Below, in pieces: positions 20,781-42,448 of a stretch of 64,000 nt of DNA. Made by a program: the position numbers and the translations under genes. The stretch spans positions 121,535 to 185,534 of the forward strand of contig NIVC01002300.1 in assembly GCA_002269645.1 (NCBI GenBank). Direction: 5' to 3'. Under the pieces are notes generated by a model that was given only the letters and a program-made list of their open reading frames with translations, did no database searches and was not told the DNA's origin. The first letter of the stretch is position 1. Every line of letters starts with the position of its first letter. Origin of the DNA: Macrostomum lignano (Eukaryota).

Positions 20781-23061
20781 CACCATTTTACCCTCGCTTT
20801 TGAACAAACTCCGTTTCACTTTAGACAGTCGGAACTTCAGTTTAGACACTTTTAGACTGGAGCCCCGAATCTACATTCACTATCGACAAACTCCGTTTCA
20901 GTATCGACAGCTAAGCTTTGTGCTGCTACACTTCTATCTATTTACATAGGCAAGTAAGGAAACGCACATCCAGATCTAGGCGAAACTCCCTTTCACTTTC
21001 GACAAACGCCACTTCTCCTTAAATAGTCTATGGTCTAAGCTGCTGAAACTCCGTTTCATTTTAGTCAACCAACATTCAAGATAGACAAGATACATTCACT
21101 TTAGACAGATTCTTAGATGCGTCATTTGTTTACGCCTAAGTGTTGGCTGAAAGAGGGGTTTTGACCATAGATACCTTTTAAGACACCTTTTTCGCCCCTT
21201 TGAACAGTGTGGGGTGGCAGGGTCGCCGGCCAGACCTTCCGAACTTCCGAACCAAAGTCTCAGCCTACTCTCCCTTCGCTCCAAACACTGAAGCCTATTC
21301 GCTAAAGATATTCGCTAAAGCAAGCCCTGAAAAAGATGGAGGACAGCGAAGATTCGTACCTAGAAGAGGAGCCTGGTTACGAAGACGAAAGTGAAAGCGA
21401 CTTTGAAGAGGAGGCTCCAGCGCAACAGCGACAGCCAGTGAGCAACCAGGACAGGCAGCGACTTCTCTCCACTTACCAGAAGGGCGAAGATTTTATCCTA
21501 CTGGCCTCTCAACTTGGCATCAAGAGAACGACCGCATATTCCATTGTGAGGAGTGGACGAGTGGAGAAGCTTTCGTGCGGCGGAGCCAAGAACGTGAAGT
21601 GGGATGGTGAGATGCAAGAATATTTGTGCGCAATCGTGGAGCAGAATCCATTGCTGACTCTGAAAGAGATGAACACCATGCTCAGACAAGCTTTTCCTGA
21701 GAAGCAGCATGTCTCAGAAAAGACACTGAGCATAAAACTCGACGGTGCACTGTTCACAACGAAGCTGGCACGAGATCTTCCAGCTGAGCGCAACTCGCCA
21801 AGGGTTGTAGCCGCTCGTGAGCAATTTGCTCAGTGGATGTGCTCGCCCGAAGCATCTGACACAGAGAAGATTTTTATTGACGAGTTTGGCTTCAACACAT
21901 GGATGCGGCGATCCTATGGACGATCTCTTCGTGGACAGCGCGTGTACCGACAGGTTTCTGGACAGAAGGGACAGCGCATCACAGTCTGCCTGGCAGTAAG
22001 CCCAACTGCTGGAATCGTGCACTTCCAGTCATACGACAGCGGCATGACAAAGGAGAGATTCGGCGAGTTTCTCACAATCACAATCGCCAACTTCCACAGC
22101 GTGTTTCCAGACAGCAGCATCAGTGTTGTCATAGACAACGTCAGCAGCCACAATGACGCCGAAAGCTACGAGGTCGAAGACGCTGTGGAAGTGAGACGAC
22201 TGCCACCCTACAGTCCATTTCTCACCCCAGTTGAGAACGCGATATCATGCTGGAAGGCGGCTCTGAAGCGTCGACTGTCGGCGATCCAAGATTCCTTCAT
22301 CAGGCCGACTGAGCAGCAGCTTGCTGGTCGCAGCCTGGCGGCGTACCGCCGAGACATTCTACTCCGTGAGGTGGACGGCACCGCAGACTGCATCACTCCA
22401 GAGAAGGTGGCACGGTGGCTCAGCCATTGCTTCAGGTATCTTCCACGGTGCTTGGCGTCTCAGCCGATTGATGGCTAATGGAAATCAGAACCCATCGCTG
22501 AACTATCGTTTCGCTTCTGCTGGCTTTGCCGTTTTAATCACGACGCTGTTAAACAAACATTTTTCGGAACAGTCCTGCATTCTCAAATGCCTTTTAAATT
22601 AGGCCACCAAACTAACTGTTTATTGATAAAAAATTCTCGTTGCACGCCATCTTCCGTTACAATGAAAGTTTTTATCCTTGGAAATTTCCATGAACATGCT
22701 TAATAAACCTTTGCACACCTCCCGTGTGAGTTCATGTCTAAAGTGAATGTATCTTGTCTATCTTGAATGTTGGTTGACTAAAATGAAACGGAGTTTCAGC
22801 AGCTTAGACCATAGACTATTTAAGGAGAAGTGGCGTTTGTCGAAAGTGAAAGGGAGTTTCGCCTTGATCTGGATGTGCGTTTCCTTACTTGCCTATGTAA
22901 ATAGATAGAAGTGTAGCAGCACAAAGCTTAGCTGTCGATACTGAAACGGAGTTTGTCGATAGTGAATGTAGATTCGGGGCTCCAGTCTAAAAGTGTCTAA
23001 ACTGAAGTTCCGACTGTCTAAAGTGAAACGGAGTTTGTTCAAAAGCGAGGGTAAAATGGTG
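20781..23061 (+). mobile_element. Full-length Tc1/mariner (IS630-Tc1-mariner) DNA transposon, 2281 bp
   Basis: 327-bp TIRs at 20781-21107 and 22735-23061; I found a single mismatch between them. TA on both sides (20779-20780, 23062-23063). Intact transposase inside. Confidence 0.96.
21336..22478 (+). CDS. DDE transposase (Tc1/mariner-IS630 superfamily), 380 aa
   Basis: HTH-like N-terminus (LASQLGIKRTTAYSIV), IFIDEFG, VIDNVSSH and LPPYSPFLTPVE motifs. Uninterrupted ORF. Confidence 0.96.
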   Translation: MEDSEDSYLEEEPGYEDESESDFEEEAPAQQRQPVSNQDRQRLLSTYQKGEDFILLASQLGIKRTTAYSIVRSGRVEKLSCGGAKNVKWDGEMQEYLCAIVEQNPLLTLKEMNTMLRQAFPEKQHVSEKTLSIKLDGALFTTKLARDLPAERNSPRVVAAREQFAQWMCSPEASDTEKIFIDEFGFNTWMRRSYGRSLRGQRVYRQVSGQKGQRITVCLAVSPTAGIVHFQSYDSGMTKERFGEFLTITIANFHSVFPDSSISVVIDNVSSHNDAESYEVEDAVEVRRLPPYSPFLTPVENAISCWKAALKRRLSAIQDSFIRPTEQQLAGRSLAAYRRDILLREVDGTADCITPEKVARWLSHCFRYLPRCLASQPIDG

Positions 23062-25484
23062 TACTAGGCATATTGTCCCATGACTGAGCGTGCGTTGAAA
23101 AACTTCTTCGTCACAGCACTGTACTTTATTATCTGCACGCTTTTTATTCCTGCAGCTAGGAGTTCCTACCATAGACATTTTCTTAGTGACCATAGACAAT
23201 TTCTTGCTATTCACAAGCTTCTGATCGTGAGTTTGGCCACATATGGATTCATTATTTCCTAACGGCATGAGAAGCGGCATGACGGCCGGTGAGATCTCCC
23301 ACCATTTGGAGTGGGCCGACGTTGAGAACGTTGAGCTATGGAAATATGTCCGTAGCTTTTTTCAACCCAACTGAGAATCCTCCGTACGTGTTCCTTCATA
23401 TATGTCTATACGCTGCCTGCGAAGGGCCTTGGCGGCGTCTTGCCAGCTTTGTCTATGGGCCTTAGTCTAAGTTGCGAATAAATATACAATAGTACACGAC
23501 GTTTAAATCAAGGAATTCTAAATCTAGCATTAGGATTTAGAATTCCTTGTTTAAATCTATGAATTCTCAGTTTAGGTGGCTTTTTACATGTATCACTTTG
23601 CTTGGCTATTGCAGTCTACAGTGTCAAAAGCGATACTTTGTCATATTGAATAAACATGACCATAGTTAGGCCATAGACATCCATTACCTGCACGGTTAAG
23701 CGCGTTGTACACTATCGTTATGGGTAGGCTGCCTGGGTTGAAACGCGATTGAAACGCTCTACATTTGTCCGCCGTCACTGTCTATGGTTGAAGCATATTT
23801 CAATTATATTCATATTCAATTCATCACTTATAGCCACTGTATATTTTACTGCCAACAAACACAAGACCAAACACAACAGGAATGAAACACAAAGTAAACG
23901 AAATAATTCAGTAAATAACGCTTGGAAGCTCAAAATGATATGTGGCTGGAGAGCTCATCAATAGTTACCTCAATAGTTTTTTGAATCTCAATACCAGATA
24001 TTTTTTGAAGCGCTTTACATGGAGAGCGGTTTGATCCGTGGTCGATTTGCGTTTGGCAGCCTCTTCGACGTCTTGCACAGCAGCTTCCTCTTCTTCCGTC
24101 AGTTCCCGCAGAAGCTCGGCATTATTCAGAATGCTTGGATTGGACAATTCTGCTCAGTCAACAGTAGCTCTTGAGCGATGCATCACGTGACAGAATCGAG
24201 GCCATAGATTGGTTGAGCTACTGCTGACTGCTAGCTGCTAAGCTTCGTGAAATCGGTCCCTGCTGTCTTACGGTCACACCGGTCCACTGACTAACTTCTT
24301 CACCAGGATCACGATGTCCAAGTTGCTGCAGAAAGTCAATCTCATTCATTTCTAAACCGCTAATATCTTCCTCTAGTATTGATTCCCAGTGAAACATGGC
24401 TAATTCCGAACCTTGAAGCTGTTTAAATCTTATTTTCTCTCCCACCCACCAAGAGAAGAATGCTTCAAACTCTATTTGGGTTTCAACCATAGACAGTCTA
24501 CGCGGACTGCGAAACCGCCACGAAGCATATAGCTAAAGCTTTTTCAACCATAGACAGTTTCTGTGGACGTGAAACCGCGTTGTGCGTCCGCGCTTCAGCC
24601 TACCCATAACACTAATATGGACTGGCTGTTCGGACTGAAATGAACTGAAACGCCGAGGCTTTTCAGTTCATTTCAGTCCTCAACAGCCAGTCTATATTAA
24701 TATATTGGCTAAGAAGCGAGTCATCAGCATGGATGACCAGCATAGAATTTTTCGAAACAATTAATCACTCAGCCAAAGGAATAAGCAAACCCATCTAGTC
24801 TATTTTCTATCGATTTGAACCATGGACAAGCGCTCCATACTTTGCGCCTAGTGGCATGTCTAAAACTGATATTGTACCATGGAAATTTTGCCCAAGCTAC
24901 CCTTTGATAGTGAGGGACGAGAGAGTTGAGCTGAGGCCATAGACAGCTCGTTGTATCAACAAATTTTCGTACTCTCTCAGCCACAGATTCTTTATACCCC
25001 CAGGCCGCAGCGCGAAAACCCCGGGGCTAATGTATCTACGGCCGATAAGAAAAATAGGTCACATTAGAAGATATCCAACAACTGGATCGCTATAAAAACT
25101 CAACATTTTTTAATGCTTCCAATTCAAAGAAGCACAGAAAGATAAAAGTATTATGGCGATAAATTTACGTTTTCTAAATAGAATGAATAAATGACTGTCA
25201 AATTTGAAATTGCGTTTTGCCTCAGATCACAAATACTTAAATTAGCCATAGACAATCCAGATTGTAACAAGGAACTGTTTGAATTGGAGTGCCGCTCTTA
25301 AAATTCAATTTTGGTTTGTCTAAAAAACTTTAAATGGTGTACTAAAATGGAATGACAAAATAGCCAATGAATTTTGTTGAAATTTTGTTTAAATAGACAA
25401 GTTGTTGAAACATGCAGGAATCCATCCATAGTATGGATATACTAAACTCCAATATTTTTTACCAATATCACTATTTTAGTACAT

Positions 25485-26175
25485 GAGGGACTTCTGTGAT
25501 ATAAATTTACCATAGAAAGAAGGGACTGGAAATTCGGTTTTAGTGAGTAAGAAATGGTGAGAAAGTGCACGGTTTTCGGCTGCTCAACACACTACGATTC
25601 CAATCCAGAAAGCAACGCCGTGCCTGTAAACCTGTCACTGGTTTACAGCAGTGACAGGATTACATTTCCGAACCTCCGTTCATTCTCCGGTTGCATATTT
25701 AATACTTTTTCAAAGGGCTACGTCAAGCTGGCAAAAACTCAAATCAGTATTCGATTCGCAAAAGAAAATTTGATGTATCTGTAGTCTGGTGATGTCTCAG
25801 TAAATGCTCGGATTATGAAGACAACTCCGTTGACACACCACGTGTGTCGCTTGCGTTACAGTGAATTTTCTGCTTTCCTGTTCTCCTCTTCTCTGATTAT
25901 TCTCTTCTATGGTTCTTCTGTTCTTCTGTACTCTTGCTTTCTGGTTCTTCGATTTGTTGGGTTCCTGTCCTCTCGTTCTTTTGTTTCCTCGTTGGTTAGT
26001 GCGTCTTTCGTTAGATTTATTGACATATGCTTGGATTTTTAAGTGACTTTTTAAGCTTATAAATAGACACGTGTTCGTCTTACCTTCAATAAGCCAGCCC
26101 CCACATTTCTTACTCACTAAAACAGAGTTTCCAGTCCCTTCTTTCTATGGTAAATTAATATCGCAGAAGTCCCTG
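25485..26175 (+). mobile_element. Non-autonomous TIR element (about 690 bp) retaining a THAP-like transposase start
   Basis: About 75-bp imperfect TIRs ([C/G]AGGGACTTCTG.GATAT..ATTTACCATAGAAAGAAGGGACTGGAAA...AGTAAGAAATG). GTACAT flanks both ends (25479-25484, 26176-26181). The ORF at 25554 begins MVRKCTVFGCS. Confidence 0.7.
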
Positions 26176-26428
26176 GTACATGCAAAGCATCTATTTTTGA
26201 GCATCAATCCGCCGGACGTCCTTGATATTGATGTTCATGTTGATAGCCTTAAGAGGCTGGAATATATTCTTATAGAGCGACTCAGGCTATAAATAGCGTG
26301 TATTGTCTATGGCAAGAGCCTCTTGAATTATTCATAAAAAATTATCTCAATATTTCCTTATCGCAGCAGCCTTAAAAATCGTTGTGAGAATTCAGCGCTC
26401 GAAAAAAACCAATTTCTTTCGCTCGCAA

Positions 26429-26995
26429 ATGACATCGCACGGAAGGCAGCAGCAGAAAAAAATTGACTACAGTTCTGAAGTTGCTCAGCAGCAGCACGAA
26501 GGCTATCGAAGCGGTCTCGCTGGAGGTGCCGGCGCAAGCGGCGTGGCCGAGGCCACAGTGATCATAGTGGCCGGAGATTCTGCCGGCGAGCTGGCGACCG
26601 CTTCACGGCAGAGAAGAGGCTCTGGCGGTTCCCGACGGTCGACTTCGTCGCCGTCAGATCCGTCGGAGGACGCAGTGGCGGCGGGGCCGGAAGCAGCCGC
26701 AGCGGCGGTGGCAGCCGGGCATGGCCAGCAGCCGTCCTGGCTTCGACAGTGCACCGGCCTGACGATGAAAGCCATCAGCCTGTTGCTGCTGCTAGCTGGC
26801 TACGTGACGCTGCTCTACTGCGGTCACAGGCTCGCTCGGGCCGCTCAGCTGCTGGAGCGGCTCACTTGGCCGGTGATCAGCGTCCTGGCCTGCCTGCCAG
26901 CGGTTCTGATTCTGCTGAGCTGCCTGCTGATCGGTGCCAGTCGCCGATGCGAAGGTGACGGCAAGCTTCGAGTGTCACAAGCCACTGCCGTGTGA
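26429..26995 (+). CDS. Intronless orphan protein, 188 aa, low-complexity N-terminus and two C-terminal TM segments
   Basis: GC-rich island with exon-like composition, ATG at 26429. Hydrophobic segments AISLLLLLAGYVTLLYCG and WPVISVLACLPAVLILLSCLLIGA. No family recognised. Confidence 0.55.
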   Translation: MTSHGRQQQKKIDYSSEVAQQQHEGYRSGLAGGAGASGVAEATVIIVAGDSAGELATASRQRRGSGGSRRSTSSPSDPSEDAVAAGPEAAAAAVAAGHGQQPSWLRQCTGLTMKAISLLLLLAGYVTLLYCGHRLARAAQLLERLTWPVISVLACLPAVLILLSCLLIGASRRCEGDGKLRVSQATAV

Positions 26996-27217
26996 TGGAC
27001 TGTTAGATAGCGAAATGTTGGCATGCTTGGTTATTTAATAAATGTGGGCCAATATCATAATAAGCTACCCTTCCCATGCGTGTATATACTAGTTAGAAAT
27101 AAACAGACTCTCTCGTGCCAAACAAGGTCCGAGGTTCGATTCCGTGGAATATTGTTCATTTCGTGAGATTCACGCCCACATGAGAGCCAACCCCCAACCT
27201 CACAGAGGAAGAGGTCC

Positions 27218-27602
27218 GATGAGGTCAAATGGGTCCGATGAGGTCAAAGGGGTCCAATTGAGGTCAAAGGGGTCCGATGAGGTCAAAGGGGTCCAATTGA
27301 GGTCAAAGGGGTCCGATGAGGTCAAAGGGGTCCAATTGAGGTCAAAGGGATCCGATGAGGTCAAAGGGGTCCAATTGAGGTCAAAGGGGTCCGATGAGGT
27401 CAAAGGGGTCCAATTGAGGTCAAAGGGGTCCGATGAGGTCAAAGGGGTCCAATTGAGGTCAAAGGGATCCGATGAGGTCAAAGGGGTCCAATTGAGGTCA
27501 AAGGGGTCCGATGAGGTCAAAGGGGTCCAATTGAGGTCAAAGGGGTCCGATGAGGTCAAAGGGGTCCAATTGAGGTCAAAGGGATCCGATGAGAGGTCAA
27601 AG
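27218..27602. repeat. 39-bp dimeric minisatellite (19+20 bp, GAGGTCAAAGGGGTCCGAT / GAGGTCAAAGGGGTCCAATT)
   Basis: Direct reading. Confidence 0.95.
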
Positions 27603-29189
27603 GTGCTCATATCCTGGAATCTCTTGAAAAGGGATTTAGAGCGTCACTAATCCGGTGGGTCAGCGCATGATCAGCACTAAGGTAGCACCTGCAAGTTAGG
27701 CACAGATGCCTTAGAGGAGTGGGTGAGCAGCTCACCTCAGTGCTTATAGGCGTGGGGGGCGGATGCGGCTCAAAGCAGACCAGAGTGCACAGCTTATACT
27801 TAGCTGCAGGGATTAGAGAGGTGACAAAAATTAAGTTTCCTTTTTCCTATGCTCACGTGCAAATCGTACGGCAAAAAATATAAATAATGGCTTGAATGAC
27901 TGCTATAGCAGGAGAGCTTGTGGCAATTAATGTTATTGTGGAAGAGTGGGCTGTATATATATTATAATGACTGGTTAAACTTATACTGTAGTGTGTGCTT
28001 GCATATATATGTCCAATAGCTGCAAACTTAAATGGTGTCCGCGAGGTCAGAAACGCTTGTAGACTCCGCATAGGCCTGGCAGGCTATACATGTGCTCGTA
28101 CATGTACATGATATGTAGTTTCAAAAGCAGCTAAAGTATAAAAAAGCCTAAGTCTAACTGCAGACTTGATTTAAAAAAACGCAACTCTGACATTGATTCA
28201 AATTTGATAGTGAAAAAGAAACTCACATTTTCGTCATTTCACAGCTCGAGGAAAATCGAGGAAAATTCGGAGAGTTGGTAGTACATGTATTTGACATCTA
28301 CGTACAAATTGTCATAAACAGCACAGAAAAATATTTTAAAACTTTAAACACAATGCTAGCACAATTAAACTAGCAATACTAAATTATCAAAGACTTTTGC
28401 ATATGATAAACGAAAAAGGTTAAGGAAAAATTAAAATGATAAAATTCTGCTTTCATTTCAGAAATTTCAGGAATCTTGCAAAGTGATATGCATTATAATT
28501 TGCATAATTCGCGCGTAAATTAGATCCGTCATAACAAAAGTTGGATAAATATACTGAATAATATACTTTAAAGAACGATCACCGGCTACTCTTGTAGTTA
28601 ATTTATCTATATCAAACAAGAATATTTATGTTTTCTAATTACTTTTATAAATTTTCTCGATAAATATTCAAGTGGATTTTTAATTTCGTAACTTTAGATA
28701 TTCAAGTTTTCAACTCAATACCGGTATACTTCCTTAGGTCTTACTTCGGTCGACTGTGCGACAGACCTTTAATTAAAACTTATATTTATAAAAAAACACT
28801 TGTTTTTTGTATCGCAACCAAAAACAAAGGTATATGTTGTGTGCTTTTTACCCTTTTGTAGTTATTACACTAAAATTTTACAGAGAATTTCAACTAAAAT
28901 ATTACGCTTTACAACAACACAGTAAAAAAATATTTTTGCATTCGAATAATAGTGCACTATAGACGAGGACTATGAATGATATCAGTAACTTTAAAATCTA
29001 TCGAGTATAAAAATCTATAAGTCAAATAATTTTGGCTGTTATAATGGCTGAGGTTGTTTGCTATTTGTCAAAATAGTGCAACCGATGTTGCTGAATTCTT
29101 ACAATTCGTATTTAATATGAAGTTAATTAATATAGTGTTATTTTGTTAATTTTGTAAATTTACACCATTTTAGGCCCGACAATTTAAGC

Positions 29190-30857
29190 ATGGCTATCAG
29201 GGACCTTTACCTGCAGTTTTTGTTCCCTCTGCTGGTCTGCGGCAACTCAATGTTAAAGGCGACCGACCTCAACATGCAGCAGGTAAAATAGTTTAAGATG
29301 TTGTGTAAAGTGCATACGCCTCTAGTAAATTTTTTCGACAAGTTTTTATTAGCTATTCCTTATTTTTTACTTTGCTTCGAAAACAGGAACACCAAAACCA
29401 ACATTGTACAACTTATTTAAGTTTATTGTAATAAATTAGGGCCTGACTAAATAAAAAATCAAATGATCAAATAAACAAAATATATTTTTATTTTAGCTAA
29501 GCCGCGATACACTGGAAGACCCAGCAAAAATTATTAGGTAAGGTTTTATTTTTTGTAATGCAACTCTTTAAAAAATTTAATTTGTACTACTGATTTTTCC
29601 ATTCCGTAAGTAGTTGTTCGAATTTCCGATGTTTTCGAAACAAGAACGTTAATACGCCGTTTGCGCTATGACAAAAATAGAATCGAATATTTTAGTTTCA
29701 ATTTTTCTTAGTAACGAGCCACTCAGTTGACGCGTTAGTCAGCCAATTCTCTGTCTTTACTGTACACTGCTGTTGAGCGTGGATAGAGCGAATGACTTGA
29801 CTGGTCCAACATCCGGTCTCTGAGTCTATACCAGGTACATTGCTTCCTAGATTGATTCAGATTTGCTGCCCCCCTCCCCCTATTGAGCAGTTTGTTTGCG
29901 TTTGCCTGGTGCTGTCTTTATATATGCCTAAGGTAGTCAAGATAGCTCTCTGCCTTCACTTCTTATCTAGGGGAATATTGCCCTAGTCTCCAGTGTTAAA
30001 TCTATTATTTTCCAGGGTTAATCTGGACTTGGGAGAGCTGTCTGAACTACTGGTATGACAGAGGTTTCCTAATTTTACAGTAAGCTAGCGCAGAGGCGTT
30101 TAGGGAGCAAAGCAACTTCCAGGCACTACCGGTGGGCGTCAGTAGGGGAGACAATGGGTGTCAGGAGGGTAAACAGTGGGTGTCAGGAGAGGAAACAGTG
30201 GGTGTCAGGAGGGGAAACAGAGGGTGTCAGGAGGTGTCAAGAGGAGGGACTGGATGTCAGGAGGGACAATGGATGTCAGGAGGAAGAACAATGGATGTCA
30301 GGAGGAAGAACAATGGATGTCAGGAGGAAGAACAATGGATGTCAGGAGGAAAGACAGTGGATGTCAGAAGGAGGGACAATGGGTGTCAGGAGAAGACAAT
30401 GGTCTAGTTGTACTCGGAATAAGCAATAAATTTTAATAACGCATTACCTTTAGCATCTACTAAAAGTAGAATGTTGCAAACAAGAAAAACATTTTGCAGC
30501 CGGCAGAAACGCGAAGCTTCAAACGAATCGATCGCACTTGGAGGTGCAGCAAACGATTCTCTCTTGCCGGCAGACGCTGCTTCCAGAAGCAGCCGGCTCG
30601 GCTTCACCATTCGCGGTCGACGGGCCAGCGCGGCTCTGGCTGCCTCCTCGCTGGCGGCCGGCCTCCTGGTGCTCGCCTACGCGGTGCACAGGCGGAATCT
30701 GGCCGGCAGAAATCCAGCTCGGAACGGCGGCAAGAGTCAAAGAAAGTTGATCAGCTTCAAGGAGGAGGGCGATTTCGGCGACTGGCTGGTGGCGCCAGTC
30801 AATGACGCAGGCGGCAGCTCCGGTAGCGACGGCTTGGATGAATTTGAGCCTGTTTGA
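29190..30857 (+). CDS. Small orphan type I membrane protein; join(29190..29282,29497..29537,30500..30857), 163 aa
   Basis: Three exons with GT-AG sites (GTAAAA, GTAAGG) and compatible phases (0, 2), 492 nt total. Signal-like MAIRDLYLQFLFPLLVCGNS, an RQKR site, TM ALAASSLAAGLLVLAYAV followed by HRR, and an acidic tail. The last exon is well supported; the first two are inferred. Confidence 0.6.
30135..30400. repeat. Degenerate 20-22-bp repeat (GGATGTCAGGAGGAAGAACAAT-like)
   Basis: Direct reading. Confidence 0.8.
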
Positions 30858-31220
30858 GTCCCAAGTGGCTTGAGTCCCAAGTGGCTTGAGTCCCAAGTGG
30901 CTTGAGTCCCAAGTGGCTTGAGTCCCAAGTGGCTTGAGTCCCAAGTGGCTTGAGTCCCAAGTGGCTTGAGTCCCGTGTAGTTTGAGTCCCAAGGGGTTTG
31001 AGTCCCAAGTGGTTTGAGCCAGAAGTGGTTTGAGTCCCAAGTGGTTTGAGCCAGAAGTGGCTTGAGTCCCAAGTGGCTTGAGTCCCGTGTAGTTTGAGTC
31101 CCAAGGGGTTTGAGTCCCAAGTGGTTTGAGCCAGAAGTGGTTTGAGTCCCAAGTGGTTTGAGCCAGAAGTGGCTTGAGTCCCAAGTGGCTTGAGTCCCGT
31201 GTAGTTTGAGTCCCATGTAT
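30855..31220. repeat. 16-bp minisatellite (TGAGTCCCAAGTGGCT) with higher-order variants
   Basis: Direct reading. The first unit overlaps the TGA stop of the preceding gene. Confidence 0.95.
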
Positions 31221-31758
31221 ATTTTGAGTCCCACGTAGCTTGAATTTTTCATGGCGGCTCCTGTTTCTCAGAACTGGAAACCATATCCATAGCTGCAACG
31301 TGTATCGAAGTAACAAAAAGTGGAGCCTATAGCCAATAACCAACGTTTTCGTTGAAAGTGTGTACCTGGTACACAGTATTCTCATTCCGTTTGGCACGCC
31401 TAATGTACTGTCGTTTGTGGCGGTCTACAGTACTTTTGTTTTCACTGTTCGATGAACTTGCTTGTTTAACTAGCTTTCTACAATGCGGTTTTTGTATTTT
31501 GTACAAAAGGTTTTCATTTTTATTGGTATAGATGCGTCTTCCGTGTGCACCTCTGTTTTGTTCATTGAATAGCACTGTAGACTTGTCGAGCTGAATGGCA
31601 AGTTTTGCTACTTAGACGCTGTTCAAATAAAATATCAACCACTTATTAATCGTAGCCATAAAATTTCTTTTGGCGAATTACGAACTACAATGCTGTACTA
31701 CTCAATCTGCGAGTAGTTGCTTAAATCATCAAGCCATAATAAAAAAATCGACGGACAT

Positions 31759-32352
<594 letters not shown>

Positions 32353-32691
32353 AGAAATCTATTCACTACTTTAACCCAGTGCAACATTTATTAATCATAC
32401 TGGCATCCACTCACCTCACGGATACCAAACTCAGGTTATTGCCCATCAGAGGTATGAGTATCAACTACGGACAAGAATATTGCAAAGAAGATTTCGCATC
32501 ACACGTAGCCAATCGCTATAAAAGTCCAACAAGTCCAGATGCATTAAACACCCAATCGGGGACACCCAGCTAGAGCAAGCCAGCCCAACCGGTCCTTAAA
32601 AGGGGGAGGGAATTTGTGAATTTACAATTTGGGTTGGCGTCAATGAACCAGCAAATCGTTTTTATCAGCAACATTCTCTACAGTTCCTAGA

Positions 32692-42411
<9,720 letters not shown>

Positions 42412-42448
42412 GACTTACGAGCGTAATAGAATTCCTATGAAGAATTCA

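Noticed and set aside
24218-24490. 90-aa minus-strand ORF
   Set aside because: No recognisable motif or splice partner.
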